Assembly: GCA_028716745.1 (NCBI GenBank)
Contig: JAQUPE010000001.1
Coordinates: 30,203 to 94,202 of the forward strand
Reading direction: 5' to 3'
Source of the DNA: Minisyncoccota bacterium
Lineage (GTDB): Bacteria; Patescibacteriota; Minisyncoccia; UBA6257; 02-FULL-45-10c
DNA length: 64,000 nucleotides
A program made the position numbers and the translations under genes. Below are positions 39,673 through 49,085 of the stretch, in pieces. Position 1 is the first letter of the stretch. The number at the start of each line of letters is the position of its first letter. The notes under the pieces were generated by a model, which did not search any database, had not been told where the DNA came from, and was given only the letters and a program-made list of their open reading frames with translations.

Positions 39673-40281
39673 TTATATTCTTCTTTCTAAGGCGCTGCCC
39701 AATGTTTCTTCGTCAGCAAATTCTATTTCACCTCCGGTTGGGATGCCGCGTCCTAGGCGGGTAATCTTTTTGGTAAAGTCTTTTAATTCATTGGTTAGCA
39801 TTGAAGCATTTAAATCTCCGTAAGTATTCGGATTGGTGGCAATTATAATTTCGTCGGCTTTGCCTCCCAGTTCTTTTTGTATTAATTTTTTCAAAACGCC
39901 AAGGCGTAATTTTTGTTCGCTTTCAAGAGAGCCGGTTTTTTGAAGATCTCCAATAACTAAATATTTACCATTGTATTTTCTGGTTTTTTCCAAAGAGATT
40001 AAATCTGTTTCTTTTTCTACAATAGCAATAATATTTTTAAGTCTTTTAGGATCTCGGCATATGCTGCATAAATTTTCATTGGTTGGTCCGGAAAAATGGA
40101 TTGAAAAACAATTTTGGCAGGTTTTAACATCGGATAAAGCATCTATGCTATCCGCCAATTCTTTAATCCTGGCCTTGCCCAAGCCTATTATTTGATAAGC
40201 CAACCTCTGCGCTTGGCGGGGGCCGATAGAAGGGAGCTTGGAAAAAATCTCCGAGAAAATTTTGATTGGTTCTGGCAACAT
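39673..40281 (-). CDS. recR: Recombination mediator RecR
   Basis: LPSIGPRQAQRLA, C4 zinc finger, TOPRIM, GIPTGGEIEFADE. Confidence 0.96.
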   Translation of the reverse strand: MLPEPIKIFSEIFSKLPSIGPRQAQRLAYQIIGLGKARIKELADSIDALSDVKTCQNCFSIHFSGPTNENLCSICRDPKRLKNIIAIVEKETDLISLEKTRKYNGKYLVIGDLQKTGSLESEQKLRLGVLKKLIQKELGGKADEIIIATNPNTYGDLNASMLTNELKDFTKKITRLGRGIPTGGEIEFADEETLGSALERRI

Positions 40282-40283
40282 GA

Positions 40284-41636
40284 TTATTGCTGCGGATCGC
40301 TATGCGCCCGGTCTATGTTTTTAAAGCTTACTTTTTCGGCGTCGAATTTTAATTGAATCATTCCGGTTGGGCCATTGCGGTGTTTGGCGATAATAATTTC
40401 GGCCGTATTTTGTTCTTCAAGAGACGGGCTGAGCTTATCGCGGTCTTTTCTATAGATAAACAAGACAACGTCTGCATCCTGTTCAATAGAGCCGGATTCG
40501 CGCAAATCGGATAATCTTGGTCTTTTAACTTCTCTTTGGTCTACTGCGCGGGAGAGCTGGGAAGCCGCTATTACAGGGACATTTAGCTCTCTGGCGAGGC
40601 TTTTAAGGCCCTTTGATATCTCGGTGACCTGTTGCACCACATTGTCGGAGTTAGTCCTTGGCTGGACCAATTGGAGATAGTCTACAACTATTAGGCTAAG
40701 ACCGTGTTCGGCCTGAAGCCTTCTGGCCATAGATCTCATTTGAAGAATATTCGGAGACGGGGTGTCGTCTATGAAAATAGGAGCTCTGGATAATTCATCA
40801 AGAGAGGCTTGTATCATTTCAAAATCTTCGTCGGTTTTTAATCTGCCGGTTCTTAATTCCCAAAGGGGGACTTGCGCCTCGGAAGCGATAAGCCTGTCTA
40901 TAACCTGGTCCTTAGACATTTCCAAAGAAAATATTCCAACCGGTTCTTTTTCTTTCACGGCTACGTGTCTGACTATATCCAGCAATAAAGAAGTTTTTCC
41001 AAGAGACGGCCTTGCGCCGATTACTACGAAGTCTGATCTTTGAAGTCCGGAAAGCAAATTGTCCAATTCTGTAAATCCTGTTTTAACTCCGCGCAAGCCT
41101 CCTTCGCCGCGATGAAGCTTTTCTATTCTTTCAAAGGCACTTTTGAGTTCGTCTTTGATTTTTGTAAACTTTTGCGGCATTGAGCGCTGAGAAATAGAAA
41201 AAACTTTTTGTTCTATCATATCCAAAAGAACATCCAGGTCTTCTGTGGTATTAAAAGCATTTTCGCTTATTTCCGATGAGGCGCTGATTAATTCGCGGAG
41301 GATCTTTTTTTCTTTTACCATCTTCGCATAATTTTGAACGTGCGAAGCGGAAGGAACAGATTCTACCAGCTGGGTCAGATAAGTTTTACCGCCGATTTCT
41401 TTTAGGGAATTCATTTCTTCCAATTCGGAAGTAAGGCTCAGCATGTCTATCGGTTCCTTTTTCTCATAAAGTTTTAAAATGGCTTCGTAAATTTTTGCGT
41501 GAGCGGGCTTATAAAAATCTTCTGCAGTTAAAGAATCTGCGATATTGATTATCGAATTTTTATCTATCATTAAGGCTCCGAGGACTGATTGCTCAGCCTC
41601 AACGTTTTGCGGAGGAAGTTTTATTTTAGTTGCCAT
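40284..41636 (-). CDS. dnaB: Replicative DNA helicase
   Basis: EAEQSVLG, GARPSLGKT, DYLQL, LSDLRESGSIEQDAD. Confidence 0.98.
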   Translation of the reverse strand: MATKIKLPPQNVEAEQSVLGALMIDKNSIINIADSLTAEDFYKPAHAKIYEAILKLYEKKEPIDMLSLTSELEEMNSLKEIGGKTYLTQLVESVPSASHVQNYAKMVKEKKILRELISASSEISENAFNTTEDLDVLLDMIEQKVFSISQRSMPQKFTKIKDELKSAFERIEKLHRGEGGLRGVKTGFTELDNLLSGLQRSDFVVIGARPSLGKTSLLLDIVRHVAVKEKEPVGIFSLEMSKDQVIDRLIASEAQVPLWELRTGRLKTDEDFEMIQASLDELSRAPIFIDDTPSPNILQMRSMARRLQAEHGLSLIVVDYLQLVQPRTNSDNVVQQVTEISKGLKSLARELNVPVIAASQLSRAVDQREVKRPRLSDLRESGSIEQDADVVLFIYRKDRDKLSPSLEEQNTAEIIIAKHRNGPTGMIQLKFDAEKVSFKNIDRAHSDPQQ

Positions 41637-41647
41637 AATTTTAAAAA

Positions 41648-43060
41648 TTAAATCTTAGGAAGAACGAGAGTTCCGAGCGGCGTATCTTCTATAGAGTATC
41701 CTAATGCTTCTATCTTTTTTCTCAATAGGTCAGATTGAGCAAAGTGTTTATTATCCCTTAATAACTTTCTCCTCCATGCCAGGAACCTTATTTTAAGCGG
41801 AATTTGGGCCTTTTTAACGGTTATTTTGAGCAAGCCAAGCTTCTTTATTATCCAGCCAGATGCTTTCTTGGCGTCGTTTTTATTCAATTCGGAAAGATTA
41901 GAGTTAATTTCGTTCATAAGTTCAAAAATAGAAGCTATTGCCTTAGGCATATTTAAATCATCTTCCATGGCATCGGAAAAAGATTTTTCATATTTTTCTA
42001 TATCCAATTTAGGCGACTCGCCTTTTTTTGTTAAAGAAATTTTTGTCAAAAATTCGTTAATGCCGCTGATATTTTTTTGTGCTTCAATTGCAAGCTGCTC
42101 GGTGTAATTGATAGGCGAGCGATAATGATGGTTGGCGATAATGTAGCGGAGAATATTAGCGGGATATTTTTTAAGAAAATCGCTTATGGTAATAAAATTT
42201 CCCAAAGACTTGGACATTTTTTCTCCGTTTATTAAAAGTATTCCCGTGTGTATCCAAATTTTCACCATCGGATTTTTCCCGGAGGCGGATTCTTGCTGGG
42301 CTATTTCCGCTTCGTGGTGGGGGAATTTTAATTCTATAGCTCCGCCGTGGATTTCATATTGCGGGCCAAAATAATGTTCGGTTATGGCAGTATCTTCAAT
42401 GTGCCAGCCCGGGCGTCCCCAGCCAAGCTCAGTATTCCAAAGAGGCTCGCCTCCGATTACGGCAAAAGATTTTCCGCTTTGATCTTTTCCAATTTTAATT
42501 TTTGGAAATTTCCAAAGAGCAAAATCTCCTTTATTCTTTTTATTTATTCCTTCATCTATGCGCGAGGTTGCATCTTCGGCCTGCTCAGCCGTTCTTTTAG
42601 AAAGTTTTCCATATTCCGGAAAAGTAGAGATATTAAAATAATATCCTTCGTTTTCTATTTTATAGGCATTGCCTTTTTTAACGAGAGTTTGTATTTGTTT
42701 TATTATTTCGGCGATATGGTCGGTGGCGCGCGCATATTTTGAAACAGAATCTATACCCAAAGATTTTTCGTCTTCATGATATTCCTTTTCAAATCTTCTG
42801 GCTAAAGCAATCGGAGCAATGTTTGTTTCTGCGGCTCTTTTGATTATCTTATCGTCAACGTCGGTAATATTTTGAAGATAATTTACCGGTATTCCTTGGG
42901 ATTTTAAATAATGGACTATGGAATCAAAGGCAATAAAAGTCCGTGCGTGGCCAAGATGGGCGACGTCATAAACAGTCGGACCGCAGACAAAAAGCCTAAG
43001 CGGACGATTGTCTGGAAGATTTTCTTTTTGGCCGGAAAGGGAATTGAAGATTTTAATCAT
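41648..43060 (-). CDS. cysS: Cysteine-tRNA ligase
   Basis: CGPTVYD..HLGH, GRPGWHIE, KMSKS. Confidence 0.97.
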   Translation of the reverse strand: MIKIFNSLSGQKENLPDNRPLRLFVCGPTVYDVAHLGHARTFIAFDSIVHYLKSQGIPVNYLQNITDVDDKIIKRAAETNIAPIALARRFEKEYHEDEKSLGIDSVSKYARATDHIAEIIKQIQTLVKKGNAYKIENEGYYFNISTFPEYGKLSKRTAEQAEDATSRIDEGINKKNKGDFALWKFPKIKIGKDQSGKSFAVIGGEPLWNTELGWGRPGWHIEDTAITEHYFGPQYEIHGGAIELKFPHHEAEIAQQESASGKNPMVKIWIHTGILLINGEKMSKSLGNFITISDFLKKYPANILRYIIANHHYRSPINYTEQLAIEAQKNISGINEFLTKISLTKKGESPKLDIEKYEKSFSDAMEDDLNMPKAIASIFELMNEINSNLSELNKNDAKKASGWIIKKLGLLKITVKKAQIPLKIRFLAWRRKLLRDNKHFAQSDLLRKKIEALGYSIEDTPLGTLVLPKI

Positions 43061-43176
43061 TAGTTAGATTTTACTATAAATCTCATGCCTTTTAAATACC
43101 CGAAAAACAATATGGAATAAATTAAAAACTCCGCCAGCAGGCGGAGTATCGCAATTTAAAAACGTTTCGCAAAGAT

Positions 43177-44085
43177 TTATACCCACCCCTTTTTTTTGAA
43201 TATCGCCATCATCAGTGCGGTAATGGATATAACTCCAAAAAATCCGATTAAAAAAGTCGTCGTATCATTTTGAACTAATTTTTCTATCGCTCCTACTGTA
43301 AAAAAAGACATGATCATCATTGATGGAACGGCCAAAAAGGCTAAGACCGAAAATCTTTTCATTATTGAGCTTGTTTTAGCATTTAACAATTGAGTATTGG
43401 TGGATTCCAGAGACTCAATTGTTTCCTTATAGTTTTCTACTTGTTGCGTGACCTTAAGATGGTCGCCGACCAAATCGGATAAATAAATGGTAATATCATT
43501 TCCCCAGAATTTAATTCCTGATTCTCTAAGGGAATGAAGAATAATTGATTGCGGGCGGCAGATAATTCCATAGTCCAAAATATCTCGTTTGGCATAGGAA
43601 ATTTTCTTTAATAATTCTTCCTCTTTTCCCATAAAGAGCTCTTTTGTAAGAATCATTACATTTTCTTCTATGTGCCTTAATTGGCGCATAGAAAAATTAA
43701 TAATTTCTTCCATTATTGTATGGATTAGGCGGCCGGTGTCTTCCATAATCAATTCGGCTAAATCGGCATTGCCGTTAAGATTTTTCATAAGATCGTTCAG
43801 GGGTTCAAGATTTTCATAATGAACGGTAATTATTGCATCTTTAGTAATCAAAAAATCTATCTCGGCTTTTCTGGAGGTTTTAAAAACCGGATCATATGTC
43901 GGCAAATGATAGGTTAAAAAAAGATAGCTGTCGTAGTTTTCCACGCGTGATCTGGCTGAAGGATGAATTAGCTCATCAAGAATAATTGGGTGAAATTTAT
44001 GTATTTTTTTGATGACCTCGATATCTTTTTTGCTTGGATTGGCAAAGTCGTACCAAGTGATGTTTTTATTTTTTACGGATTTCAT
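43177..44085 (-). CDS. CorA-family divalent cation transporter with degenerate GMN motif
   Basis: HPII.DE...R..VE.YD.YLFL, two C-terminal TM helices, FKKKGW end. Confidence 0.85.
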   Translation of the reverse strand: MKSVKNKNITWYDFANPSKKDIEVIKKIHKFHPIILDELIHPSARSRVENYDSYLFLTYHLPTYDPVFKTSRKAEIDFLITKDAIITVHYENLEPLNDLMKNLNGNADLAELIMEDTGRLIHTIMEEIINFSMRQLRHIEENVMILTKELFMGKEEELLKKISYAKRDILDYGIICRPQSIILHSLRESGIKFWGNDITIYLSDLVGDHLKVTQQVENYKETIESLESTNTQLLNAKTSSIMKRFSVLAFLAVPSMMIMSFFTVGAIEKLVQNDTTTFLIGFFGVISITALMMAIFKKKGWV

Positions 44086-44271
44086 TTTTGTAAAAGTTAA
44101 TTGTATTTACCTTATTATAGCAAGTTGATTTTTTATAAGAAAGTGCGTAAAATAAAATAATTATTCTTTTCGTATTTGCCCCAATATTTACCCGTCTAGG
44201 GAGGGGCTCAATGGAGTAAGATAAAGCAGATTAGAAAATATAATTAAAGAAAGATTCGTAGGGTTTCTAAT

Positions 44272-44342
44272 GCCCCCATAGCTCAATGGTAGAGCAGTTG
44301 CCTTTTAAGCAATTAACCTAGGTTCGATTCCTAGTGGGGGTA
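44272..44342 (+). tRNA. tRNA-Lys(TTT)
   Basis: Acceptor GCCCCCA/TGGGGGT, anticodon loop CTTTTAA. Confidence 0.94.
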
Positions 44343-44411
44343 CAAAATGGCTATTAGCTAAGAGAAGTTTGTTTTTTGCAAATTGAATAAGAAAATATAG
44401 GAGGTGATTGT

Positions 44412-44507
44412 ATGAACAAAGGCAGAAGCTTTGCTAGTGATGAAAGCGGATGCTGTGGTCACGGAGGCGTCGGGAGTGGAATAACGCCGAACATCAAAAG
44501 GGGGTGA
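44412..44507 (+). CDS. 31-aa GCCG micropeptide A
   Basis: SD AGGAGGTGA; MNKGRSFASDESGCCGHGGVGSGITPNIKRG; homologous to 44632..44685. Confidence 0.6.
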   Translation: MNKGRSFASDESGCCGHGGVGSGITPNIKRG

Positions 44508-44631
44508 TCAAACTATCTGAAATATAAGGGAGGTGGTGTGATATATGTTTGTACCAGCGACTTAGGGTGTTTGAATCGGAATCATTCTCAAAAATTCTGA
44601 ATATCAATAAAGAAAGGAGGTGATTGATTAC

Positions 44632-44685
44632 ATGAAGAAGTCCAGAGGATATCACGATGACGGTGGAGGATGCTGCGGGCCCTAG
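44632..44685 (+). CDS. 17-aa GCCG micropeptide B
   Basis: SD AAAGGAGGTGAT; MKKSRGYHDDGGGCCGP. Confidence 0.6.
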   Translation: MKKSRGYHDDGGGCCGP

Positions 44686-44784
44686 GTCGAAAGACGAAAG
44701 GTCCTGAGAAGATCCGAATGAATCGAGGAGTTCCAATTTTTTGGAGGACGGGAATGCTCCTCCCGTCCTTCCGGAATTATACTT

Positions 44785-44815
44785 TGCCAGCCTTTACGAG
44801 GGCTGGCATTTTTTT
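44785..44815 (+). terminator. Intrinsic terminator after the micropeptide array
   Basis: TGCCAGCC...GGCTGGCA followed by a T run. Confidence 0.8.
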
Positions 44816-44891
44816 ATTTATTAATATAAGCTACAGAAATCTGTTTTTTGACTTTGTAATAATGAAATTATTCCGAGAGAGGAGGTGAAAT

Positions 44892-45533
44892 ATGGGTTCG
44901 GAAAGGCGCTGTTTATTGTGTAATGGCAAACTTGAGACAGGCGCAAAGGATTACGTTTGTTCCAAGTGCGGCCAGCGGTATGACATAACGGAGTATGTAG
45001 AAGCGAGCCTTGATGAAGAGGTAAAGAAAAATTACATCAGGGAGCTGAAGAAACAAAGAAAGGCCACGGAAGCAGAGGAGAAGAAAAAAGCGAAAGAAGG
45101 GATGGGTCAGCAGAAAGAAACGGAAAAAGTGGCGGAAAATAATCTGCCGGAAAAAAAGGAAAAGGAGGAAGTGAAAGTTATGGCAAAGAAAAAGGAAGTT
45201 TGCATAATCTGTGACGAGAAGAAGATCATAATAGCGAAGGGCTGCTGCGCTGCGGACTACACGCTGCTTAACAAAATGGGCGGCGATGTAGAAAAAGCCA
45301 AAGCGTACCGCCTGGAAAATCCCATCGGGAAGAAGGGACGCAAGGCGGTCAAGACGGCGGGAGAACAACATCCTCCGTTGCCGCCGCATCACTCCCATCC
45401 GCCCGCGCCGGAAACACCGCCTGCATTCTCGATCGTTGCCAGCGTTAAAACAATGACGGTCCAGGTGGAGTACAAGATGAACGTCGGGGAAGCGAAAATG
45501 GAAACAAAGATCCTCGGTGTGAAGATAGAGTAG
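44892..45533 (+). CDS. Zn-ribbon-containing charged protein (orphan cassette)
   Basis: CLLC..CSKC, CIIC...AKGCC..DY, Pro/His-rich stretch; SD AGGAGGTGA. Confidence 0.75.
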   Translation: MGSERRCLLCNGKLETGAKDYVCSKCGQRYDITEYVEASLDEEVKKNYIRELKKQRKATEAEEKKKAKEGMGQQKETEKVAENNLPEKKEKEEVKVMAKKKEVCIICDEKKIIIAKGCCAADYTLLNKMGGDVEKAKAYRLENPIGKKGRKAVKTAGEQHPPLPPHHSHPPAPETPPAFSIVASVKTMTVQVEYKMNVGEAKMETKILGVKIE

Positions 45534-45624
45534 CAAGACAAGAAAGAAGCAAAGATGTTTGCAGCCCGTAAAACGGCTGCTTTTTTTATAATAAAAAACC
45601 AGCCTTTGTGGGCTGGGCGCCGAA

Positions 45625-46158
45625 TCATATCCATCCTTTCAGGAGGTAGAGGATTCTGGCGGGAACTTCTCTTGCGATGAAACGCGTTTTGCTTCTGGTC
45701 CAGGGCTGTATCGATTCCTTGTCGTAGGGAACTTGCTGGGTGAAGATGGGAGTAACTTTGAATCCCATTTTTTCAGCGGCCCATTGCACCCTGAGGTAAT
45801 GCTCGGGGTGAGCGACAATTATCGCTTTCTTGCCCACGTTTTTTTTCTTGCAGTATTCTTTTGCTTGGGCCAGGACTTCGCGAGTGTCCAGGTATTTGCC
45901 CCTTTCCCGGTGTTCTCTGATTATCTGCAGGTTTGGGAAGGATCCTAGCTGGTCTCCTATTTCCCATTGTGCGATGACCAGAGTTTTAGGCTTAAGGCAG
46001 CGTATGTCTTTTACTATTTTCACGAGCGCTTCGTTGCTTAGGCCGGGACCTCCATTGCGGAGTCCGAATGACTGGGCTATTACCACGTCTTCGCCGTTTA
46101 GCGGGGCGGGGTCTGCCCTCCAGTAAAAAAATAGCTTTACTAATTTGATCAGAAACAT
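45625..46158 (-). CDS. YdcF/DUF218-like protein (orphan cassette)
   Basis: YLDTREV, IIVAHPEHYLRV, WTRS...RE; SD GGGAGGTGA. Confidence 0.65.
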   Translation of the reverse strand: MFLIKLVKLFFYWRADPAPLNGEDVVIAQSFGLRNGGPGLSNEALVKIVKDIRCLKPKTLVIAQWEIGDQLGSFPNLQIIREHRERGKYLDTREVLAQAKEYCKKKNVGKKAIIVAHPEHYLRVQWAAEKMGFKVTPIFTQQVPYDKESIQPWTRSKTRFIAREVPARILYLLKGWI

Positions 46159-46263
46159 AAGGTGTTTTCACCTCCCGTGTATGAAGTTGTAAAGCTTCGA
46201 TGAATATAAAATAATACAAATAAGGCGTTTTGTCAATAAAAGCCCCCTAAGCGGGGGATTTTA

Positions 46264-46884
46264 TTATTTAACTTCTCTTAAGGTTTTTTCTAAAACAGGA
46301 AGGATCATCTTGGCTATTAATTCATGTCCTTTTGCGTTTGGATGAATTTTATCAAAAAGAAGATCTTTTCTGAACATGACATAATCCAAAACGTTAGGAA
46401 CATAACCAGATAATTTTTCTTCCATAACTATGCGGGCAATGGACATCTCATATTGGGCATTTATTTTTTCACTTCCGCCAATAATAATTATTTTAGATCC
46501 TACTTCTTTTATTTTTTTCACAATAGTGCGCAAATTAGCATCAAAAACTTCAACACTGCGTCTCTCAAGAAAATCATTGCCTCCAAGTAAAATTATTACA
46601 ATGTCGGGGTTTTTATCCAAAACACCGGTTTGCAGGCGCATAAGCGCTTCGGAAGTGTTATCTCCTGTTTGTCCAGAATTAATTATTGGAATTCTGGTGT
46701 ATTCCGAAAGCAAAACAACAAAATTTTTATCCGGCGGATTAACTCCCAGCCCGGCTGTTACGCTGTCGCCGAAAGCCACAATTGTTACGTCGTGGTTATA
46801 TTCCGGTTTTGGCATTAATAAAAAGCTAGCCGCTAAAAGCATAATTAAAATAATGGCCAATAATTCTATTCCTTTAAATTTCAT
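46264..46884 (-). CDS. SGNH/GDSL hydrolase (arylesterase-like), membrane anchored
   Basis: FGDSVTAG, LGGND, DKIHPN..GH. Confidence 0.92.
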   Translation of the reverse strand: MKFKGIELLAIILIMLLAASFLLMPKPEYNHDVTIVAFGDSVTAGLGVNPPDKNFVVLLSEYTRIPIINSGQTGDNTSEALMRLQTGVLDKNPDIVIILLGGNDFLERRSVEVFDANLRTIVKKIKEVGSKIIIIGGSEKINAQYEMSIARIVMEEKLSGYVPNVLDYVMFRKDLLFDKIHPNAKGHELIAKMILPVLEKTLREVK

Positions 46885-47965
46885 TGGTTATATCTTCCAA
46901 TAATTTTTTAATTTTCGGGCTTATTTTTTTAGGAGTTTTAAGCTGAAAAGAAACATATAAATCTCCCTTGCCATAATTATTGAATCTCGGCATTCCTTCA
47001 TTCGGAATTTTTAATTTTTCATTCAAATTGAAATCTGTCGGTATTTCAACATTTAATTTTTCGCCGGAAACAGTCGGTATTTCAACTTTTTTACCAATCA
47101 ATACATTTATTAAATTTAATTCTTTTTTAATCAATAAATCATCGCCATGCCTTTGAAAAACATGGTGAGGTTTTACTTTTATTCTTACATAAAGATCTCC
47201 TGTGTCCGCGCCTCGTTCTCCTGCATCTCCTCCGCCGGGTATTTTAATTAATTGGCTGTCAGCTGTTCCCGGGGCGATAGAAACATCGGCAATTTTTTGT
47301 TTTTTAATTCTTCCTGTTCCGGAACATTCATTGCAGATTTTGTTGGGTATTTGGCCGGTGCCTTTGCATTTAGAGCAGGCTTTAATCTGAGAAAAGGCGC
47401 CAAAAAAACTATTTCTGGTTTCCCGTATTTCGCCGCGCCCGTCGCAGTTGGAGCATTTAATTACTCCTTCTTTTTCAAAATATCCTTTGCTTCCGCATTT
47501 AGAACAGTCTTCAAAAGAATCATAATGTATTTTTTTCTTTATTCCGCTAAAAGCTTCTTCCAGGGATATTTCCTGGATATATTCCAAATCGGCTCCTCGC
47601 TGATAAGCCCGCCTTTTTTTCTTTACCCCCAAGCCTTCAAAAAACATATCAAAAATATCGCTCATGTCGGAAGCGCCTCCAAAATTATTTGCATCAAAAT
47701 TAAAATCAAAACCGAACGGATTTTGCCCGCCCTGGGCTCCGCCAAAAGGGGAGGATCCGTCAAATGTCTGGCCAAAACGGTCGTATTGGGAACGTTTTTC
47801 CTTATTAGACAGAATCTGGTAAGCCTCGTTTATTTCTTTGAATTTCTGTTCGTTTCCGCCGGCTTTGTCAGGATGGTGCTTGTGCGCCAGTTTTCTGTAT
47901 GCGTCTTTAATTTGATCCTGGGAAGCGGATTGCTCCACTCCAAGAACTTTATAATAATCTTTCAT
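46874..47965 (-). CDS. dnaJ: Chaperone DnaJ
   Basis: HPD motif, G/F region, CxxCxGxG repeats. Confidence 0.97.
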   Translation of the reverse strand: MKDYYKVLGVEQSASQDQIKDAYRKLAHKHHPDKAGGNEQKFKEINEAYQILSNKEKRSQYDRFGQTFDGSSPFGGAQGGQNPFGFDFNFDANNFGGASDMSDIFDMFFEGLGVKKKRRAYQRGADLEYIQEISLEEAFSGIKKKIHYDSFEDCSKCGSKGYFEKEGVIKCSNCDGRGEIRETRNSFFGAFSQIKACSKCKGTGQIPNKICNECSGTGRIKKQKIADVSIAPGTADSQLIKIPGGGDAGERGADTGDLYVRIKVKPHHVFQRHGDDLLIKKELNLINVLIGKKVEIPTVSGEKLNVEIPTDFNLNEKLKIPNEGMPRFNNYGKGDLYVSFQLKTPKKISPKIKKLLEDITNEI

Positions 47966-47975
47966 AAATTAGGGT

Positions 47976-49037
47976 TTATAGGATGATAACTTCTTTTTCG
48001 CGCGTTGACAGAGAAAGATGGATAAAATTAAAAATTAAAAGAATTTGGTAGAAGAAATAAATTAACAGATAAATCAATCCATAGAAACCGGTAAATAAAT
48101 AAACTGTGCTTTTAATTGTAAAGTATATGAGCAGTATGACCAGCAAGGGGACTATAGTTTTTATGTTTTGAAAAACAAAAGAAAGGGCAGGCGAACCAAT
48201 CTTAATATTGGAAGCATTGTTATAGGTTTGATTTATAAAGCCAGCCATATTTTCAACAATTGAACTAGTTGGTTTAAGCGTAAATTTATAGGGTTCTAAT
48301 TGCTTATTAAGCCCGCTGATTACTTGATTGGTTACCGTTGTTAGTCCGCCTGGAATCATTTTAACTTGAGATTTCTGCTCTTTGCTTAGTTGAGACATCA
48401 CGATAGATTCTGCGAGCTTGTTTATCGTCATGTCCAGAGAAAAATCATCAATTTTTATATTTTGAGCTTCTAATATTTTTTGAATCACTAAGTCTGACGG
48501 TCCCGCTAATTTACTTAATATAGTTGGAGATACAAGCTCTGTATCAAGCGGTAATGAGGATGCGATTAAAATGCTGATAAAAAAGCATAAGGCCGTTATT
48601 GTGCGGGGAACTGATTTTTTTGCAACGATTCCGAATTTTATTTTAATCTGGTTATTTAATTCTTTTGTTCCGCTGATGCTGGCCGAGCACAAACAAAGCA
48701 AAAGAATTATCCAGGCGATAGATAATTGCATAGAGAAATTAAAAGCAAAGGGGGCGGCGATGCCCAAGCTTTCCCCGAATATAATAGGAAGGCTTACTTG
48801 TATGCTTTTAATGGTCAATATTTGCAATTGAAAAATGAATAAAAACAGGAGAGACGCGCCAAGAGAGGCGGCTAAATAAACTGGACTAAATTCAGCCAGG
48901 AGCAATCTTAGAAAATAACCTGAGGCAATTGCCGCTGCAATCCCTAAAACAGCTATAGCGATAACTTTTATCGGAGAAGTATCAACCTCCGACATATCTT
49001 CTACTTTATTTATTAAAGTTGGCTGGCTTTTAATCAT
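47976..49037 (-). CDS. Multi-TM hypothetical protein between dnaK and dnaJ
   Basis: Several TM helices; own TGGTATAAT 6 nt before ATG; ends EKEVIIL. Confidence 0.75.
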   Translation of the reverse strand: MIKSQPTLINKVEDMSEVDTSPIKVIAIAVLGIAAAIASGYFLRLLLAEFSPVYLAASLGASLLFLFIFQLQILTIKSIQVSLPIIFGESLGIAAPFAFNFSMQLSIAWIILLLCLCSASISGTKELNNQIKIKFGIVAKKSVPRTITALCFFISILIASSLPLDTELVSPTILSKLAGPSDLVIQKILEAQNIKIDDFSLDMTINKLAESIVMSQLSKEQKSQVKMIPGGLTTVTNQVISGLNKQLEPYKFTLKPTSSIVENMAGFINQTYNNASNIKIGSPALSFVFQNIKTIVPLLVILLIYFTIKSTVYLFTGFYGLIYLLIYFFYQILLIFNFIHLSLSTREKEVIIL

Positions 49038-49085
49038 ATTTCAATTATACCAATTTATTTTTAACAATTATTAAGTTTTTTACTT

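Noticed and set aside
44680-44715. Hammerhead-like GTCGAAAGAC-GAAA
   Set aside because: Stem II plus GAAA is present, but the required CTGANGA does not precede it (CCCTAG instead). Treated as a plain GNRA hairpin.
44683-44721. Stop-codon reassignment or readthrough (TAG after peptide B; TGA recoding)
   Set aside because: Core genes read through intact in code 11 and end at TAA/TAG, no conserved gene needs an in-frame TGA, tRNA-Trp has a CCA anticodon, and no suppressor, Pyl or Sec tRNA is seen.
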